Assembly: GCA_964016885.1 (NCBI GenBank)
Contig: OZ024746.1
Location: 57,598,001-57,662,000 of the forward strand
Direction of reading: 5' to 3'
From: Eledone cirrhosa
Taxonomy: Eukaryota
DNA length: 64,000 nt
Positions 1 through 15,000 of the stretch are shown here, one piece after another. Made by a program: the position numbers and the translations under genes. How positions within the stretch are numbered: the stretch's first letter is position 1; each line of letters begins with the position of its first letter. Under the pieces are notes generated by a model, which did no database searches, was not told the origin of the DNA, and was given only the letters and a program-made list of their open reading frames with translations.

Positions 1-3000
1 TTGTCGTAGTTGATATGTGTAACGGGCTCGATCTGATTCTGTCCTTGACAGTTTTATGGTTGTTGCCGTAGTGGATATGCGTAACAGGCTCAATGTGATT
101 GTGTCCTTGTCATTTTTGTGGTTGTTGTCGTAGCTGATATGTGTAACGGGCTCGATGTGCTTGTGTCATTGAGAGTTTTGTGGTTGTTGGTGGAGTTGTT
201 ATGTGTAACGGGCTCGATAGGATTGTGTCCTTGATGGTTTTGTGGTTGCTGTTGTAGTTGTTATGTTTGACGGCCTCGATTTGTTTGTGTCCTTGACAGT
301 TTTGTGGTTGTTTTCGTAGCTGATATGTGTAACGGGCTCGATGTGATTGTGTCCTTGACAGTTTTGTGATTGTTTTCGTAGATGATATGTGTAACGAACT
401 CGATCTAATTCTGCCCTTGTCAGCTTTCTGTTATTGTTGTAAATGATATGTGTAATGGGCTCGATGTGAGTGTGTCCTTGTCAGTTGTGTGGTTGTTGTC
501 GTAGCTGATATGCGTAACGGGCTCGATGTGATTGTGTCCTTGTCAGTTTTGTGGTTGTTGTCGTAGCTGATATGTGTAACCAGCTCGATGTGATTGTGTC
601 CTTGACAGTTTTGTGGTTGTTGCCGTAGATGATATGTGTAACGGACCCTATGTGATTGTGTCCTTGTCAGTTTTATGGTTATTGTCGTAGCTGATGTGTA
701 ACCGGCTCGATGAGATTGTGTCCTTGTCAGTTTTGTCTTTGTTATCGTAGCTGATATGTATAACAGGCTCGATGTGATTGTGTCCTTGTCAGTTTTGTGG
801 TTGTTGTCGTATCTGATATGTGTAACGTGTCGATGTGATTCTGTCCTTGACAGTTTTGTGGTTGTTATCGTAGCTGATATGTGTAACGGGCTCGATGTGC
901 TTGTGTCCTTGTCAGTTTTGTGGTTATTGTCGTAGCTGATATGTGTAACAGGCTCGATGTATTGTGTCCTTGTCAATTTTGTGGTTGTTGTCGTATCTGA
1001 TATGTGTAACGTGTCGATGTGATTCTGTCCTTGACAGTTTTGTGGTTGTTATCGTAGCTGATATGTGTAACGGGCTCGATGTGCTTGTGTCCTTGTCAGT
1101 TTTGTGGTTGTTCTCTTAGCTGATGTGTGAAAAGGGCTCGATGTGATTGTGTCCTTGTCAGTTTCGTGGTTGTTCTCGTAGCTGATATGTGTAGCGGGCT
1201 CGATATGATTGTGTCATTCACAGTTTTTTAGTTGTTTTCGTAGATGATATGTGTAACGGGCTCGAGGTGATTCTGTCCTTGTCAGTTTTGTGTTATTGTT
1301 GTATCTGATATGTGTAACGGGCTCGATGTGATTGTGTCCTTGTCAGTTTTGTGGTTGTTGTTGTAGCTTGTATGTGTAACGGGCTCGATGTGATTGTGTC
1401 CTTGACAGTTTTGTTGTTGTTGTCGTAGCTGTCATGTGTAACGGGCTCGATGTGATTGTGTCCTTGACAGTTTTGTGGTTGTTGTCGTAACTGATATGTG
1501 TAACGGGCTCGATGTTATCATGTCCTTGACAGTTTTGTGGTTGTTGTTGTAGCTGATATATATAACCGGCTCGATGTTATTGTGTCCTTGACAGTTTTGT
1601 GGTAGTATTCGTAACTGATATGTGTAACGGGATCGATGTGTTTCTGTCCCTGTCAGTTTTGTGGTTATTTTTGTATATAGATAATATGTGTAACGATATC
1701 GATGTGATTGTGCCCTTTACAGTTTTGTGGTTGTCGACGTAGCTGATATGTGTAACGCGCTCGGTGTGATTTTGTAGTTGACAGTTTTGTGGTTGTTGTC
1801 GTAGATGATATGTGTAACGGGCTCGAGGTGATTCTGTCCTTGTCAGTTTTGTGTTATTGTTGTATCTGATATGTGTAACGGTCTCGATGTGATTCTGTCC
1901 TTGTCAGTTTTGTGTTATTGTTGTAGCTGATATGTGTAACGAGCTCGATGTTATTGTGTCCTTGTCAGTTTTGTCGTTGTTATTGTAGCTTGTATGTGTA
2001 ACGGGCTCGATGTGAATTTGTCCTTGACAGTCTTGTGGTTGTTATCATAGCTGATATGTGTAACGGGCTCGATGTTGTTGTGTCCTTGACAGTTTTGTAG
2101 CTGTTGTCGTAGCTGATATGTGTAACGGGCTAGATATGATTGTGTCCTTGTCAGTTTTGTCTTTGTTATCATAGCTGACATGTGTAACGGGCTAGATATG
2201 TTTGTGTCACTGACACTTTTGTGGCTGTTGTTGTATCTGATATGTGTAACGGGCTCCATGTGATTATGTCCTTGTCAGTGTTGTGGTTGTTGACGTAGCT
2301 GACATGTGTAACGGGCTCGATGTGATTGTGTCCTAGACAGTTTTGTGGTTATTGTCGTAGCTGATATGTGTAACGGGCTAGATGTGATTGTGTTCTTGAC
2401 AGTTTTGTGGTTGTTGTCGTAGCTGATATGTGTAACGGGCTCGATGTGATTGTGTCCTTGTCAGTTTCGTGGTTGTTCTCGTAGCTAATATATCTCACGG
2501 GTTCGATGTGATTCTGTCCTTGTCAGTTTTGTGGTTATTGTTGTAGCTGATATATGTAACGGGCTCGATGTGATTGTGTGCTTGACAATTTTGTGGTTGT
2601 TCTCGTAGCTGATATATGTAACGGGCACGATGTGATAGTGTCCTTGTCAGTTTTGTGGTTGTTGGTGTAGTTGCTATGTGTAACGGCCTCGATATGATTG
2701 TGATCTTCATTGTTTTTCGGTTGTTTTCCTTAGCTGATATATGTAACGGGTTCGATGTGATCGTGTCCTTGACAGTATTGTGGTTGTTGTCGTAACTGAT
2801 ATGTGTAACGGGCTCGATGTTATCATGTCCTTGACAGTTTTGTGGTTGTTGTTGTAGCTGATATATATAACGGGCTCGATGTGATTGTGTCCTTGACAGT
2901 TTTGTGGTTGTCGACGTAGCTTATATGTGTAACGGGCTCGATGTGATTTTGTAGTTGACAGTTCAGTTTTGTGGTTGTTGTCGTAGCAGATATGTGTAAC

Positions 3001-6000
3001 GGGCTCGATAGTATCGTCTTCTTGACAGTTTTTTGGTTGCTATCGTAGCTGATACGTGTAAAGTGTTCGATGTTATCGTGTCTTTGACAGTTTTGTGGTT
3101 GTTGTCGTAGCTGATATGTGTAACGGACTCGATGTGATTGTGTTCTTCACAGTTTTGTGGTTGTTGTCCTAGCAGATATGTGTAACGGGCTCGATGTTAT
3201 CGTGTCCTTGACTGTTTTGTGGTTGTTGTCGTAGCTGATACGTGTAATGGGCTCGATGTTATCGTGTCTTTGACAGTTTTGTGGTTGTAGTCGTAGCTGA
3301 TATGTGTAACGGACTCGATGTGATTGTGTCCTTGACAGTTTTGTGGTTGTTGTTGTAGCAGATATGTGTAACGGGCTCGATGTTATCGTGTCCTTGACTG
3401 TTTTGTGGTTATTGTCGTAGCAGATATGTTTAACGGGCTCGATGTTATCGTGTACTTGATAGTTTTTTGGTTGATGTCGTAACTGATATGTGTAACGGGC
3501 TTCGGGTTTCGATTGTGTCCTGAACAGTTTAGTGGTTGTTTCGTAGCAGATATGTGTAACGAGCTCGATGTGATTGTGTCCTTGACAGTCTCGTGGTTGT
3601 TTTCGGAGCTGATATGTGTAACGGGCTCGATGTGATTGTGTCCTTGACAGTTTTGTAGTTGTTGTCGTAGCTGATATATGTAACGGATTCGCTGTGATTG
3701 TGTACTTGACAATTTTGTGGTTGTTGTCGTAGCTGATATATGTAATGGGCTAGATGTGATTGTGTCCTTAACAGTTTTGTGGTTGTTGTCGTCGCTGATA
3801 TGTGTAACGGGCTCGATGTGATCGTGTCCTTGACAGTTGTGTGGTTGTTGCCGTAGCTGATATGTGTAAAGGGCTTGATGTGATCGTTTCCTTGACAGTT
3901 TTGTTATTGTTGGTGTAGTTGTTATATGTAACGGGCTGGATGTTATTGTGTCCTTGTCAGTTTTGTGGTTCTGGTTGTCGTTGTTATGTGTGACGGGTTC
4001 GATGTGATAGTGTCCTTGTCAGTTTTGTGGTTGTTGGTGTAGTGGATATGCGTAACAGGCTCAATGTGATTGTTTCCTTGTCATTTTTGTGGTTGTTGTC
4101 GTAGTTGATATGTGTAACGGGCTCGATCTGATTCTGTCCTTCACAGTTTTATGGTTGTTGCCGTAGTGGATATGCGTAACAGGCTCAATGTGATTGTGTC
4201 CTTGTCATTTTTGTGGTTGTTGTCGTAGCTGATATGTGTAACGGGCTCGATGTGCTTGTGTCCTTGAGAGTTTTGTGGTTGTTGGTGGAGTTGTTATGTG
4301 TAACGGGCTCGATAGGATTGTGTCCTTGATGGTTTTGTGGTTGCTGTTGTAGTTGTTATGTTTGACGGCCTCGATTTGTTTGTGTCCTTGACAGTTTTGT
4401 GGTTGTTTTCGTAGCTGATATGTGTAACGGGCTCGATGTGATTGTGTCCTTGACAGTTTTGTGATTGTTTTCGTAGATGATATGTGTAACGAACTCGATC
4501 TGATTCTGCCCTTGTCAGCTTTGTGTTATTGTTGTAAATGATATGTGTAATGGACTCGATGTGAGTGTGTCCTTGTCAGTTGTGTGGTTTTTGTCGTAGC
4601 TGATATGCGTAACGGGCTCGATGTGATTGGGTCCTTGTCAGTTTTGTGGTTGTTGTCGTAGCTGATATGTGTAACCAGCTCGATGTGATTGTGTCCTTGA
4701 CAGTTTTGTGGTTGTTGCCGTAGATGATATGTGTAACGGACCCTATGTGATTGTGTCCTTGTCAGTTTTATGGTTATTGTCGTAGCTGATGTGTAACCGG
4801 CTCGATGAGATTGTGTCCTTGTCAGTTTTGTCTTTGTTATCATAGCTGATATGTATAACATTCTCGATGTGATTGTGTCCTTGTCAGTTTTGTGGTTGTT
4901 GTCGTATCTGATATGTGTAACGGGTCGACGTGATTGTGTCCTTGACATTTTGTGGTTATTGTCGTAGCTGATATGTGTAACAGGCTCGATGTATTGTGTC
5001 CTTGTCAACTGTGTGGTTGTTGTCGTATCTGATATGTGTAACGTGTCGATGTGATTCTGTCCTTGACAGTTTTGTGGTTGTTATCGTAGCTGATATGTGT
5101 AACGGGCTCGATGTGCTTGTGTCCTTGTCAGTTTTGTGGTTGTTCTCTTAGCTGATGTGTGAAAAGGGCTCGATGTGATTGTGTCCTTGTCAGTTTCGTG
5201 GTTGTTCTCGTACTGATATGTGTAGCGGGCTCGATATGATTGTGTCCTTGTCAGTTTTGTGGTTATTGTTGTAGCTTATATGTGTAACGGGCTCGATGTG
5301 ATTGTGTGCTTGACAGTTTTGTGGTTGTTCTCGTAGCTGATATGTGTAACCGGCACGATGTGATTGTGTCCTTGTCAGTTTTGTGGTTGTTGTTGTAGCT
5401 GATATGTGTAACGGGCTCGATAGTATCGTCTTCTTGACAGTTTTTTGGTTGTTATCGTAGCTGATACGTGTAAAGTGTTCGATGTTATCGTGTCTTTGAC
5501 AGTTTTGTGGTTGTTGTCGTAGCTGATATGTGTAACGGACTCGATGTGATTGTGTTCTTCACAGTTTTGTGGTTGTTGTCCTAGCAGATATGTGTAACGG
5601 GCTCGATGTTATCGTGTCCTTGACTGTTTTGTGGTTGTTGTCGTAGCTGATACGTGTAATGGGCTCGATGTTATCGTGTCTTTGACAGTTTTGTGGTTGT
5701 AGTCGTAGCTGATATGTGTAACGGACTCGATGTGATTGTGTCCTTGACAGTTTTGTGGTTGTTGTTGTAGCAGATATGTGTAACGGGCTCGATGTTATCG
5801 TGTCCTTGACAGTTTTGTGGTTATTGTCGTAGCAGATATGTTTAACGGGCTCGATGTTATCGTGTACTTGATAGTTTTTTGGTTGATGTCGTAACTGATA
5901 TGTGTAACGGGCTTCGGGTTTCGATTGTGTCCTGAACAGTTTAGTGGTTGTTACGTAGCTGATATGTGTAACGAGCTCGATGTGATTGTGTCCTTGACAG

Positions 6001-9000
6001 TCTCGTGCTTGTTTTCGGAGCTGATATGTGTAACGGGCTCGATGTGATTGTGTCCTTGTCATTTTTGTGGTTGTTGTCGTAGCTGATATGTGTAACGGGC
6101 TCGATGTGCTTGTGTCCTTGAGAGTTTTGTGGTTGTTGGTGGAGTTGTTATGTGTAACGGGCTCGATAGGATTGTGTCCTTGATGGTTTTGTGGTTGCTG
6201 TTGTAGTTGTTATGTTTGACGGCCTCGATTTGTTTGTGTCCTTGACAGTTTTGTGGTTGTTTTCGTAGCTGATATGTGTAACTGGCTCGATGTGATTGTG
6301 TCCTTGACAGTTTTGTGATTGTTTTCGTAGATGATATGTGTAACGAACTCGATCTGATTCTGCCCTTGTCAGCTTTGTGTTATTGTTGTAAATGATATGT
6401 GTAATGGGCTCGATGTGAGTGTGTCCTTGTCAGTTGTGTGGTTGTTGTCGTAGCTGATATGCGTAACGGGCTCGATGTGATTGTGTCCTTGTCAGTTTTG
6501 TGGTTGTTGTCGTAGCTGATATGTGTAACCAGCTCGATGTGATTGTGTCCTTGACAGTTTTGTGGTTGTTGCCGTAGATGATATGTGTAACGGACACTAT
6601 GTGATTGTGTCCTTGTCAGTTTTATGGTTATTGTCGTAGCTGATGTGTAACCGGCTCGATGAGATTGTGTCCTTGTCAGTTTTGTCTTTGTTATCGTAGC
6701 TGATATGTATAACAAGCTCGATGTGATTGTGTCCTTGTCAGTTTTGTGGTTGTTGTCGTATCTGATATGTGTAACGGGTCGACGTGATTGTGTCCTTGAC
6801 ATTTTGTGGTTATTGTCGTAGCTGATATGTGTAACAGGCTCGATGTATTGTGTCCTTGTCAATTTTGTGGTTGTTGTCGTATCTGATATGTGTAACGGGC
6901 TCGATGTGATTGTGTCCTTGTCAGTTTTGTGGTTGTTCTCGTAGCTAATATATCTCACGGGTTCGATGTGATTCTGTCCTTGTCAGTTTTGTGGTTATTG
7001 TTGCAGCTGATATATGTAACGGGCTCGATGTGATTGTGTGCTTGACAATTTTGTGGTTGTTCTCGTAGTTGATATGTGTAACGGGCACGATGTGATTGTG
7101 TCCTTGTCAGTTTTGTGGTTGTTGGTGTAGTTGCTATGTGTAACGGCCTCGATGTGATTGTGATCTTCATTGTTTTTCAGTTGTTTTCCTTAGCTGATAT
7201 ATGTAACGGGCTCGATGTGATTGTGTCCTTGACAGTTTTGTGGTTGTTTTCGTAACTGATATGTGTAACGGGCTCGATGTGATTGTGTCCTTGTCAGTTT
7301 TGTGGTTGTTGTCGTATCTGATATGTGTAACGGGTCAACGTGATTGTGTCCTTGACATTTTGTGGTTATTGTCGTAGCTGATATGTGTAACAGGCTCGAT
7401 GTATTGTGTCCTTGTCAATTTTGTGGTTGTTGTCGTATCTGATATGTGTAACGTGTCGATGTGATTCTGTCCTTGACAGTTTTGTGGTTGTTATCGTCGC
7501 TGATATGTGTAACGGGCTCGATGTGCTTGTGTCCTTGTCAGTTTTGTGGTTGTTCTCTTAGCTGATGTGTGAAAAGGGCTCGATGTGATTGTGTCCTTGT
7601 CAGTTTCGTGGTTGTTCTCGTAGCTGATATGTGTAGCGGGCTCGATATGATTGTGTCCTTCTCAGTTTTGTGGTTATTGTTGTAGCTTATATGTGTAACG
7701 GGCTCGATGTGATTGTGTGCTTGACAGTTTTGTGGTTGTTCTCGTAGCTGATATGTGTAACCGGCACGATGTGATTGTGTCCTTGTCAGTTTTGTGGTTT
7801 TTGTTGTAGCTGATATGTGTAACGGCCTCGATGTGATTGTGATCGTCACTGTTTTGCGGTTGTTTTCCTTAGCTGATATATGTAACGGGCTCGATGTGAT
7901 TCTGACCTTAACAGTTGTGTGGTTGTTTTTATAGTTGTTATGTGTAATAAGCTGGATGTGATTATATCCTTGACAGTTTTGTGGTTGCTGTCTTAGCTGA
8001 TATGTGTAACGGGCTCGATATGATTGTGTCCTTGACAGTTTTGTGGTTGTTGTCGTAGCTGATATGTGTAACGGGCTCGATATGATTGTGTCCTTGACAG
8101 TTTTGTGGTTGTTGTCGTAGCTGATATGTGTAACGGGCTAGATTTGATTGTGTGCTTGACAGTTTTGTTATCATAGCTGACATGTGTAACGGGCTAGATA
8201 TGTTTGTGTCACTGACACTTTTGTGGCTGTTGTCGTAGCTGATATGTGTAACAGGCTCGATGTATTGTGTCCTTGTCAATTTTGTGGTTGATGTCGTAGC
8301 TGATATGTGTAACAGGCTAGATGTGATTGTGTTCTTGACAGTTTTGTGGTTGTTGTCGTAGCTGATATGTGTAGCGGGCTCGATGTGATTGTGTCCTTGT
8401 CAGTTTCGTGGTTGTTCTCGTAGCTAATATATCTCACGGGTTCGATGTGATTCTGTCCTTGTCAGTTTTGTGGTTATTGTTGTAGCTGATATATGTAACG
8501 GTCTCGATGTGATTGTGTGCTTGACAATTTTGTGGTTGTTCTCGTAGTTGATATGTGTAACGGGCACGATGTGATTGTGTCCTTGTCAGTTTTGTGGTTG
8601 TCGACGTAGCTTATATGTGTAACGTGCTCGATGTGATTTTGTAGTTGACAGTTCAGTTTTGTGGTTGTTGTCGTAGCAGATATGTGTAACGGGCTCGATG
8701 GTATCGTCTCCTTGACAGTTTTTTGGATGTTATCGTAGCTGATACGTGTAAAGGGCTCCATGTTATCGTGTCTTTGACAGTTTTGTGGTTGTTGTCGTAG
8801 CAGATATGTTTAACGGGCTCGATGTTATCGTGTACTTGATAGTTTTTTGGTTGATGTCGTAACTGATATGTGTAACGGGCTTCGGGTTTCGATTGTGTCC
8901 TGAACAGTTTTGTGGTTGTTTCGTAGCTGATATGTGTAACGGGCTCGATGGGATTGTGTCCTTGACAGTCTCGTGCTTGATTTCGTATCTGATATGTGTA

Positions 9001-9030
9001 TCGGGCTCGATGTGATTGTGTCCTTGACAG

Positions 9031-12000
9031 TTTTGTAGTTGTTGTCGTAGCTGATATATGTAACGGATTCGTTGTGATTGTGTTCTTGACAATTTTGTGG
9101 TTGTTGTCGTAGCTGATATATGTAATGGGCTAGATGTGATTGTGTCCTTAACAGTTTTGTGGTTGTTGTCGTAGCTGATATGTGTAACGGGCTCGATGTG
9201 ATCGTGTCCTTCACAGTTGTGTGGTTGTTGCCGTAGATGATATGTGTAAAGGGCTTGATGTGATCGTTTCCTTGACAGTTTTTTGGTTGTTGGTGTAGTT
9301 GTTATGTGTAACGGGCTCGATGTTATTGTGTCCTTGTCAGTTTTGTGGTTCTGGTTGTCGTTGTTATGTGTGACTGGTTCGATGTGATTGTGTCCTTGTC
9401 AATTTTGTGGTTGTTGTCGTAGCTGATATGTGTAACGGCCTCGATATGATTGTGTCCTTGTCAGTTTTGTGGTTGTTCTCTTAGCAGATATGTGAAAAGG
9501 GCTCGTTGTGATTGTGTCCTTGTCAGTTTCGTGGTTGTTCTCGTAGCTGATATGTGTAACGGGCTCGATATGATTGTGTCCTTGTCAGTTTTGTTGTTAT
9601 TGTTGTAGCTGATATGTGTAACGGGCTCGATGTGATTGTGTGCTTGACAGATTTGTGGTTGTTCTCGTAGCTGATATGTGTAACCGGCACGATGTGATTG
9701 TGTCCTTGTCAGTTTTGTGGTTGTTGTTGTAGCTGATATGTGTAACGGCCTCGATGTGATTGTGATCTTCAATGTTTTGCGGTTGTTTTCCTTAGCTGAT
9801 ATATGTAACGGGCTCGATGTGATTCTGTCCTTGACAGTTGTGTGGTTGTTTTTATAGTTGTTATGTGTAATAAGCTGGATGTGATTATATCCTTGACAGT
9901 TTTGTGGTTGTTGTCGTAGCTGATATGTGTAACGGGCTCGATATGATTGTGTCCTTGACAGTTTTGTGGTTGTTGTCGTAGCTGATATGTGTAACGGGCT
10001 AGATTTGATTGTGTCCTTGTCAGTTTTGTCTTTGTTATCATAGCTGACATGTGTAACGGGCTAGATATGTTTGTGTCACTGACACTTTTGTGGCTGTTGT
10101 CGTAGCTGATATGTGTAACAGGCTCGATGTATTGTGTCCTTGTCAATTTTATGGTTGTTGTCGTATCTGATATGTGTAACGTGTCGATGTGATTGTGTCC
10201 TAGACAGTTTTGTGGTTATTGTCGTAGCTGATATGTATAACGGGCTCGATGTGATTGTGTCCTTGTCAGTTTTGTGGTTGTTCTCGTAGCTAATATATCT
10301 CACGGGTTCGATGTGAGTCTGTCCTTGTCAGTTTTGTGGTTATTGTTGCAGCTGATATATGTAACGGGCTCGATGTGATTGTGTGCTTGACAATTTTGTG
10401 GTTGTTCTCGTAGTTGATATGTGTAACGGGCACGATGTGATTGTGTCCTTGTCAGTTTTGTGGTTGTTGGTGTAGTTGCTATGTGTAACGGCCTCGATGT
10501 GATTGTGATCTTCATTGTTTTTCAGTTGTTTTCCTTAGCTGATATAGGTAACGGCCTCGATGTGATTGTGTCCTTGACAGTTTTGTGGTTGTTTTCGTAA
10601 CTGATATGTGTAACGGGCTCGATGTGATTGTGTCCTTGTCAGTTTTGTGGTTGTTGTCGTATCTGATATGTGTAACGGGTCAACGTGATTGTGTCCTTGA
10701 CACTTTGTGGTTATTGTCGTAGCTGATATGTGTAACAGGCTCAATGTATTGTGTCCTTGTCAATTTTGTGGTTGTTGTCGTATGTGATATGTGTAACGTG
10801 TCGATGTGATTCTGTCCTTGACAGTTTTGTGGTTGTTATCGTCGCTGATATGTGTAACGGGCTCGATGTGCTTGTGTCCTTGTCAATCTTGTGTTTGTTC
10901 TCTTAGCTGATGTGTGAAAAGGGCTCGATGTGATTGTGTCCTTGTCAGTTTCGTGGTTGTTCTCGTAGCTGATATGTGTAGCGGGCTCGATATGATTGTG
11001 TCCTTCTCAGTTTTGTGGTTATTGTTGTAGCTTATATGTGTAACGGGCTCGATGTGATTGTGTGCTTGACAGTTTTGTGGTTGTTCTCGTAGCTGATATG
11101 TGTAACCGGCACGATGTGATTGTGTCCTTGTCAGTTTTGTGGTTGTTGTTGTAGCTGATATGTGTAACGGCCTCGATGTGATTGTGATCTTCACTGTTTT
11201 GCGGTTGTTTTCCTTAGCTGATATATGTAACGGGCTCGATGTGATTCTGTCCTTGACAGTTGTGTGGTTGTTTTTATAGTTGTTATGTGTAATAAGCTGG
11301 ATGTGATTATATCCTTGACAGTTTTGTGGTTGTTGTCGTAGCTGATATGTGTAACGGGCTCGATATGATTGTGTCCTTGACAGTTTTGTGGTTGTTGTCG
11401 TAGCTGATATGTGTAACGGGCTCGATATGATTGTGTCCTTGACAGTTTTGTGGTTGTTGTCGTAGCTGATATGTGTAACGGGCTAGATTTGATTGTGTCC
11501 TTGTCCGTTTTGCCTTTGTTATCATAGCTGACATGTGTAACGGGCTAGATATGTTTGTGTCACTGACACTTTTGTGGCTGTTGTCGTAGCTGATATGTGT
11601 AACAGGCTCGATGTATTGTGTCCTTGTCAATTTTTGGTTGATGTCGTAGCTGATATGTGTAACGGGCTAGATGTGATTGTGTTCTTGACAGTTTTGTGGT
11701 TGTTGTCGTAGCTGATATGTGTAGCGGGCTCGATGTGATTGTGTCCTTGTCAGTTTCGTGGTTGTTCTCGTAGCTAATATATCTCACGGGTTCGATGTGA
11801 TTCTGTCCTTGTCAGTTTTGTGGTTATTGTTGTAGCTGATATATGTAACGGTCTCGATGTGATTGTGTGCTTGACAATTTTGTGGTTGTTCTCGTAGTTG
11901 ATATGTGTAACGGGCACGATGTGATTGTGTCCTTGTCAGTTTTGTGGTTGTCGACGTAGCTTATATGTGTAACGGGCTCGATGTGATTTTGTAGTTGACA

Positions 12001-15000
12001 GTTCAGTTTTGTGGTTGTTGTCGTAGCAGATATGTGTAACGGGCTCGATGGTATCGTCTCCTTGACAGTTTTTTGGATGTTATCGTAGCTGATACGTGTA
12101 AAGGGCTCCATGTTATCGTGTCTTTGACAGTTTTGTGGTTGTTGTCGTAGCTGATATGTGTAACGGACTCGATGTGATTGTGTCCTTGACAGTTTTGTGG
12201 TTGTTGTTGTAGCAGATATGTGTAACGGGCTCGATGTTATCGTGTCCTTGACAGTTTTGTGGTTATTGTCGTAGCAGATATGTTTAACGGGCTCGATGTT
12301 ATCGTGTACTTGATAGTTTTTTGGTTGATGTCGTAGCAGATATGTGTAACGGGCTCGATGCTATCGTCTCCTTGACAGTTTTTTGGATGTTATCGTAGCT
12401 GATACGTGTAAAGGGCTCCATGTTATCGTGTCTTTGACAGTTTTGTGGTTGTTGTCGTAGCTGATATGTGTAACGGACTCGATGTGATTGTGTCCTTGAC
12501 AGTTTTGTGGTTGTTGTTGTAGCAGATATGTGTAACGGGCTCGATGTTATCGTGTCCTTGACAGTTTTGTGGTTATTGTCGTAGCAGATATGTTTAACGG
12601 GCTCGATGTTATCGTGTACTTGATAGTTTTTTGGTTGATGTCGTAACTGATATGTGTAACGGGCTTCGGGTTTCGATTGTGTCCTGAACAGTTTTGTGGT
12701 TGTTTCGTAGCTGATATGTGTAACGGGCTCGATGGGATTGTGTCCTTGACAGTCTCGTGCTTGATTTGGTATCTGATATGTGTATCGGGCTCGATGTGAT
12801 TGTGTCCTTGACAGATTTGTAGTTGTTTTCGTAGCTGATATATGTAACGGATTCGTTGTGATTGTGTTCTTGACAATTTTGTGGTTGTTGTCGTAGCTGA
12901 TATATGTAATGGGCTAGATGTGATTGTGTCCTTAACAGTTTTGTGGTTGTTGTCGTAGCTGATATGTGCAACGGGCTCGATGTGATCGTGTCCTTCACAG
13001 TTGTGTGGTTGTTGCCGTAGCTGATATGTGTAAAGGGCTTGATGTGATCGTTTCCTTGACAGTTTTTTGGTTGTTGGTGTAGTTGTTATGTGTAACGGGC
13101 TCGATGTTATTGTGTCCTTGTCAGTTTTGTGGTTCTGGTTGTCGTTGTTATGTGTGACTGGTTCGATGTGATTGTGTCCTTGTCAATTTTGTGGTTGTTG
13201 TCGTAGCTGATATGTGTAACGGGCTCGATGTGCTTGTGTCCTTGTCAGTTTTGTGGTTGTTCTCTTAGCTGATGTGTGAAAAGGGCTCGATGTGATTGTG
13301 TCCTTGTCAGTTTAGTGGTTGTTCTCGTAGCTGATATGTGTAGCGGGCTCGATATGATTGTGTCCTTGTCAGTTTTGTGGATATTGTTGTAGCTTATATG
13401 TGTAACGGGCTCGATGTGATTGTGTGCTTGACAGTTTTGTGGTTGTTCTCGTAGCTGATATGTGTAACCGGCACGATGTGATTGTGTCCTTGTCAGTTTT
13501 GTGGTTGTTGTTGTAGTTGATATGTGTAACGGCCTCGATGTGATTGTGATCGTCACTGTTTTGCGGTTGTTTTCCTTAGCTGATATATGTAACGGGCTCG
13601 ATGTGATACTGTCCTTGACAGTTGTGTGGTTGTTTTTATAGTTGTTATGTGTAATAAGCTGGATGTGATTATATCCTTGACAATTTTGTGGTTGTTGTCG
13701 TAGCTGATATGTGTAACGGGCTCGATATAATTGTGTCCTTGACAGTTTTGTGGTTGTTGTCGTAGCTGATATGTGTAACAGCCTCGATATGATTGTGTCC
13801 TTCACAGTTTTGTAGTTGTTTTCGTAGATGATATGTGTAACGGCCTCGATGTGATTCTGTCCTTGTCAGTTTTGTGTTATTTTTGTAGCTGATATGTGTA
13901 ACGGGCTCGATGTGATTCTGTCCTTGTCAGTTTTGCCTTTGTTGTTGTAGCTTGTATGTGTAACGAGCTCGGTGTGATTGTGTACTTGACAGTTTTGTGG
14001 TTGTCGACGTAGCAGATATGTGTAACGGGCTCGATCGTATCGTGTCCTTGACAGTTTTTTGGTTGTTATCGTAGCTGATGCGTGTAACGGGCCCGATTTT
14101 ATCGTGTCTTTGACAGTTTTGTGATTGTTTTCGTAGCTGATATGTGTAACGTGCTCGATGTGATTCTGTCCATGTCAGTTTTGTGGTTGTTGGTGTAGTT
14201 GTTATGTGTAATGGGCTCGATGTTATTGTGTCCTTGTCAGTTTTGTGTTATTGTTGTAGCTGATATGTGTAACGGGATCGATGTGAATTTGTCCTTGACA
14301 GTTTTGTGGGTGTTGCCGTAGCTGATATGTGTAACGGGCTTGATTTGATTGTGTCCTTGTCAGTTTTGTCTTTGTTATCATAGCTGACATGTGTAACGGG
14401 CTAGATATGTTTGTGTCACTGACACTTTTGTGGCTGTTGTCGTAGCTGATATGTGTAATGGGCTCGATGTGAATTTGTCCTTGACAGTCTTGTGGTTGTT
14501 GTCATAGCTGATATGTGTAACGGGCTAGATGTGATTGTGTTCTTGACAGTTTTGTGGTTGTTGTCGTATCTGATATGTGTAACGGGTTCGATGTGATTGT
14601 GTCCTTGTCAGTGTTGTGGTTGTTGTCGTAGCTGACATGTGTAACTGGCTCGATGTGATTGTGTCCTTGTCAGTTTTGTGGTTGTTGTCCTATTTGTTAC
14701 GTGTAACGGGCTCGATGTGATTGTGTCCTTGTCAGTTTTGTGGTTGTTGTCGTAGCTGATATGTGTAACGGGCTCGATGTGATTGTGTCCTTGAGAGTTT
14801 TGTGGTTGTTGGTGGAGTTGTCATGTGTAACGGGCTCGAAAGGATTGTGTCATTGATGCTTTTGTGGTTGCTGTTGTAGTTGTTATGTTTAACGGCCTCG
14901 ATCTGATTGTGTCCTTGACAGTTTTGTGGTTGTTTTCGTAGCTGATATATGTAATGGTCTCGATGTGATTGTGTCCTTGACAGTTTTCTGGTTGTTTTCG

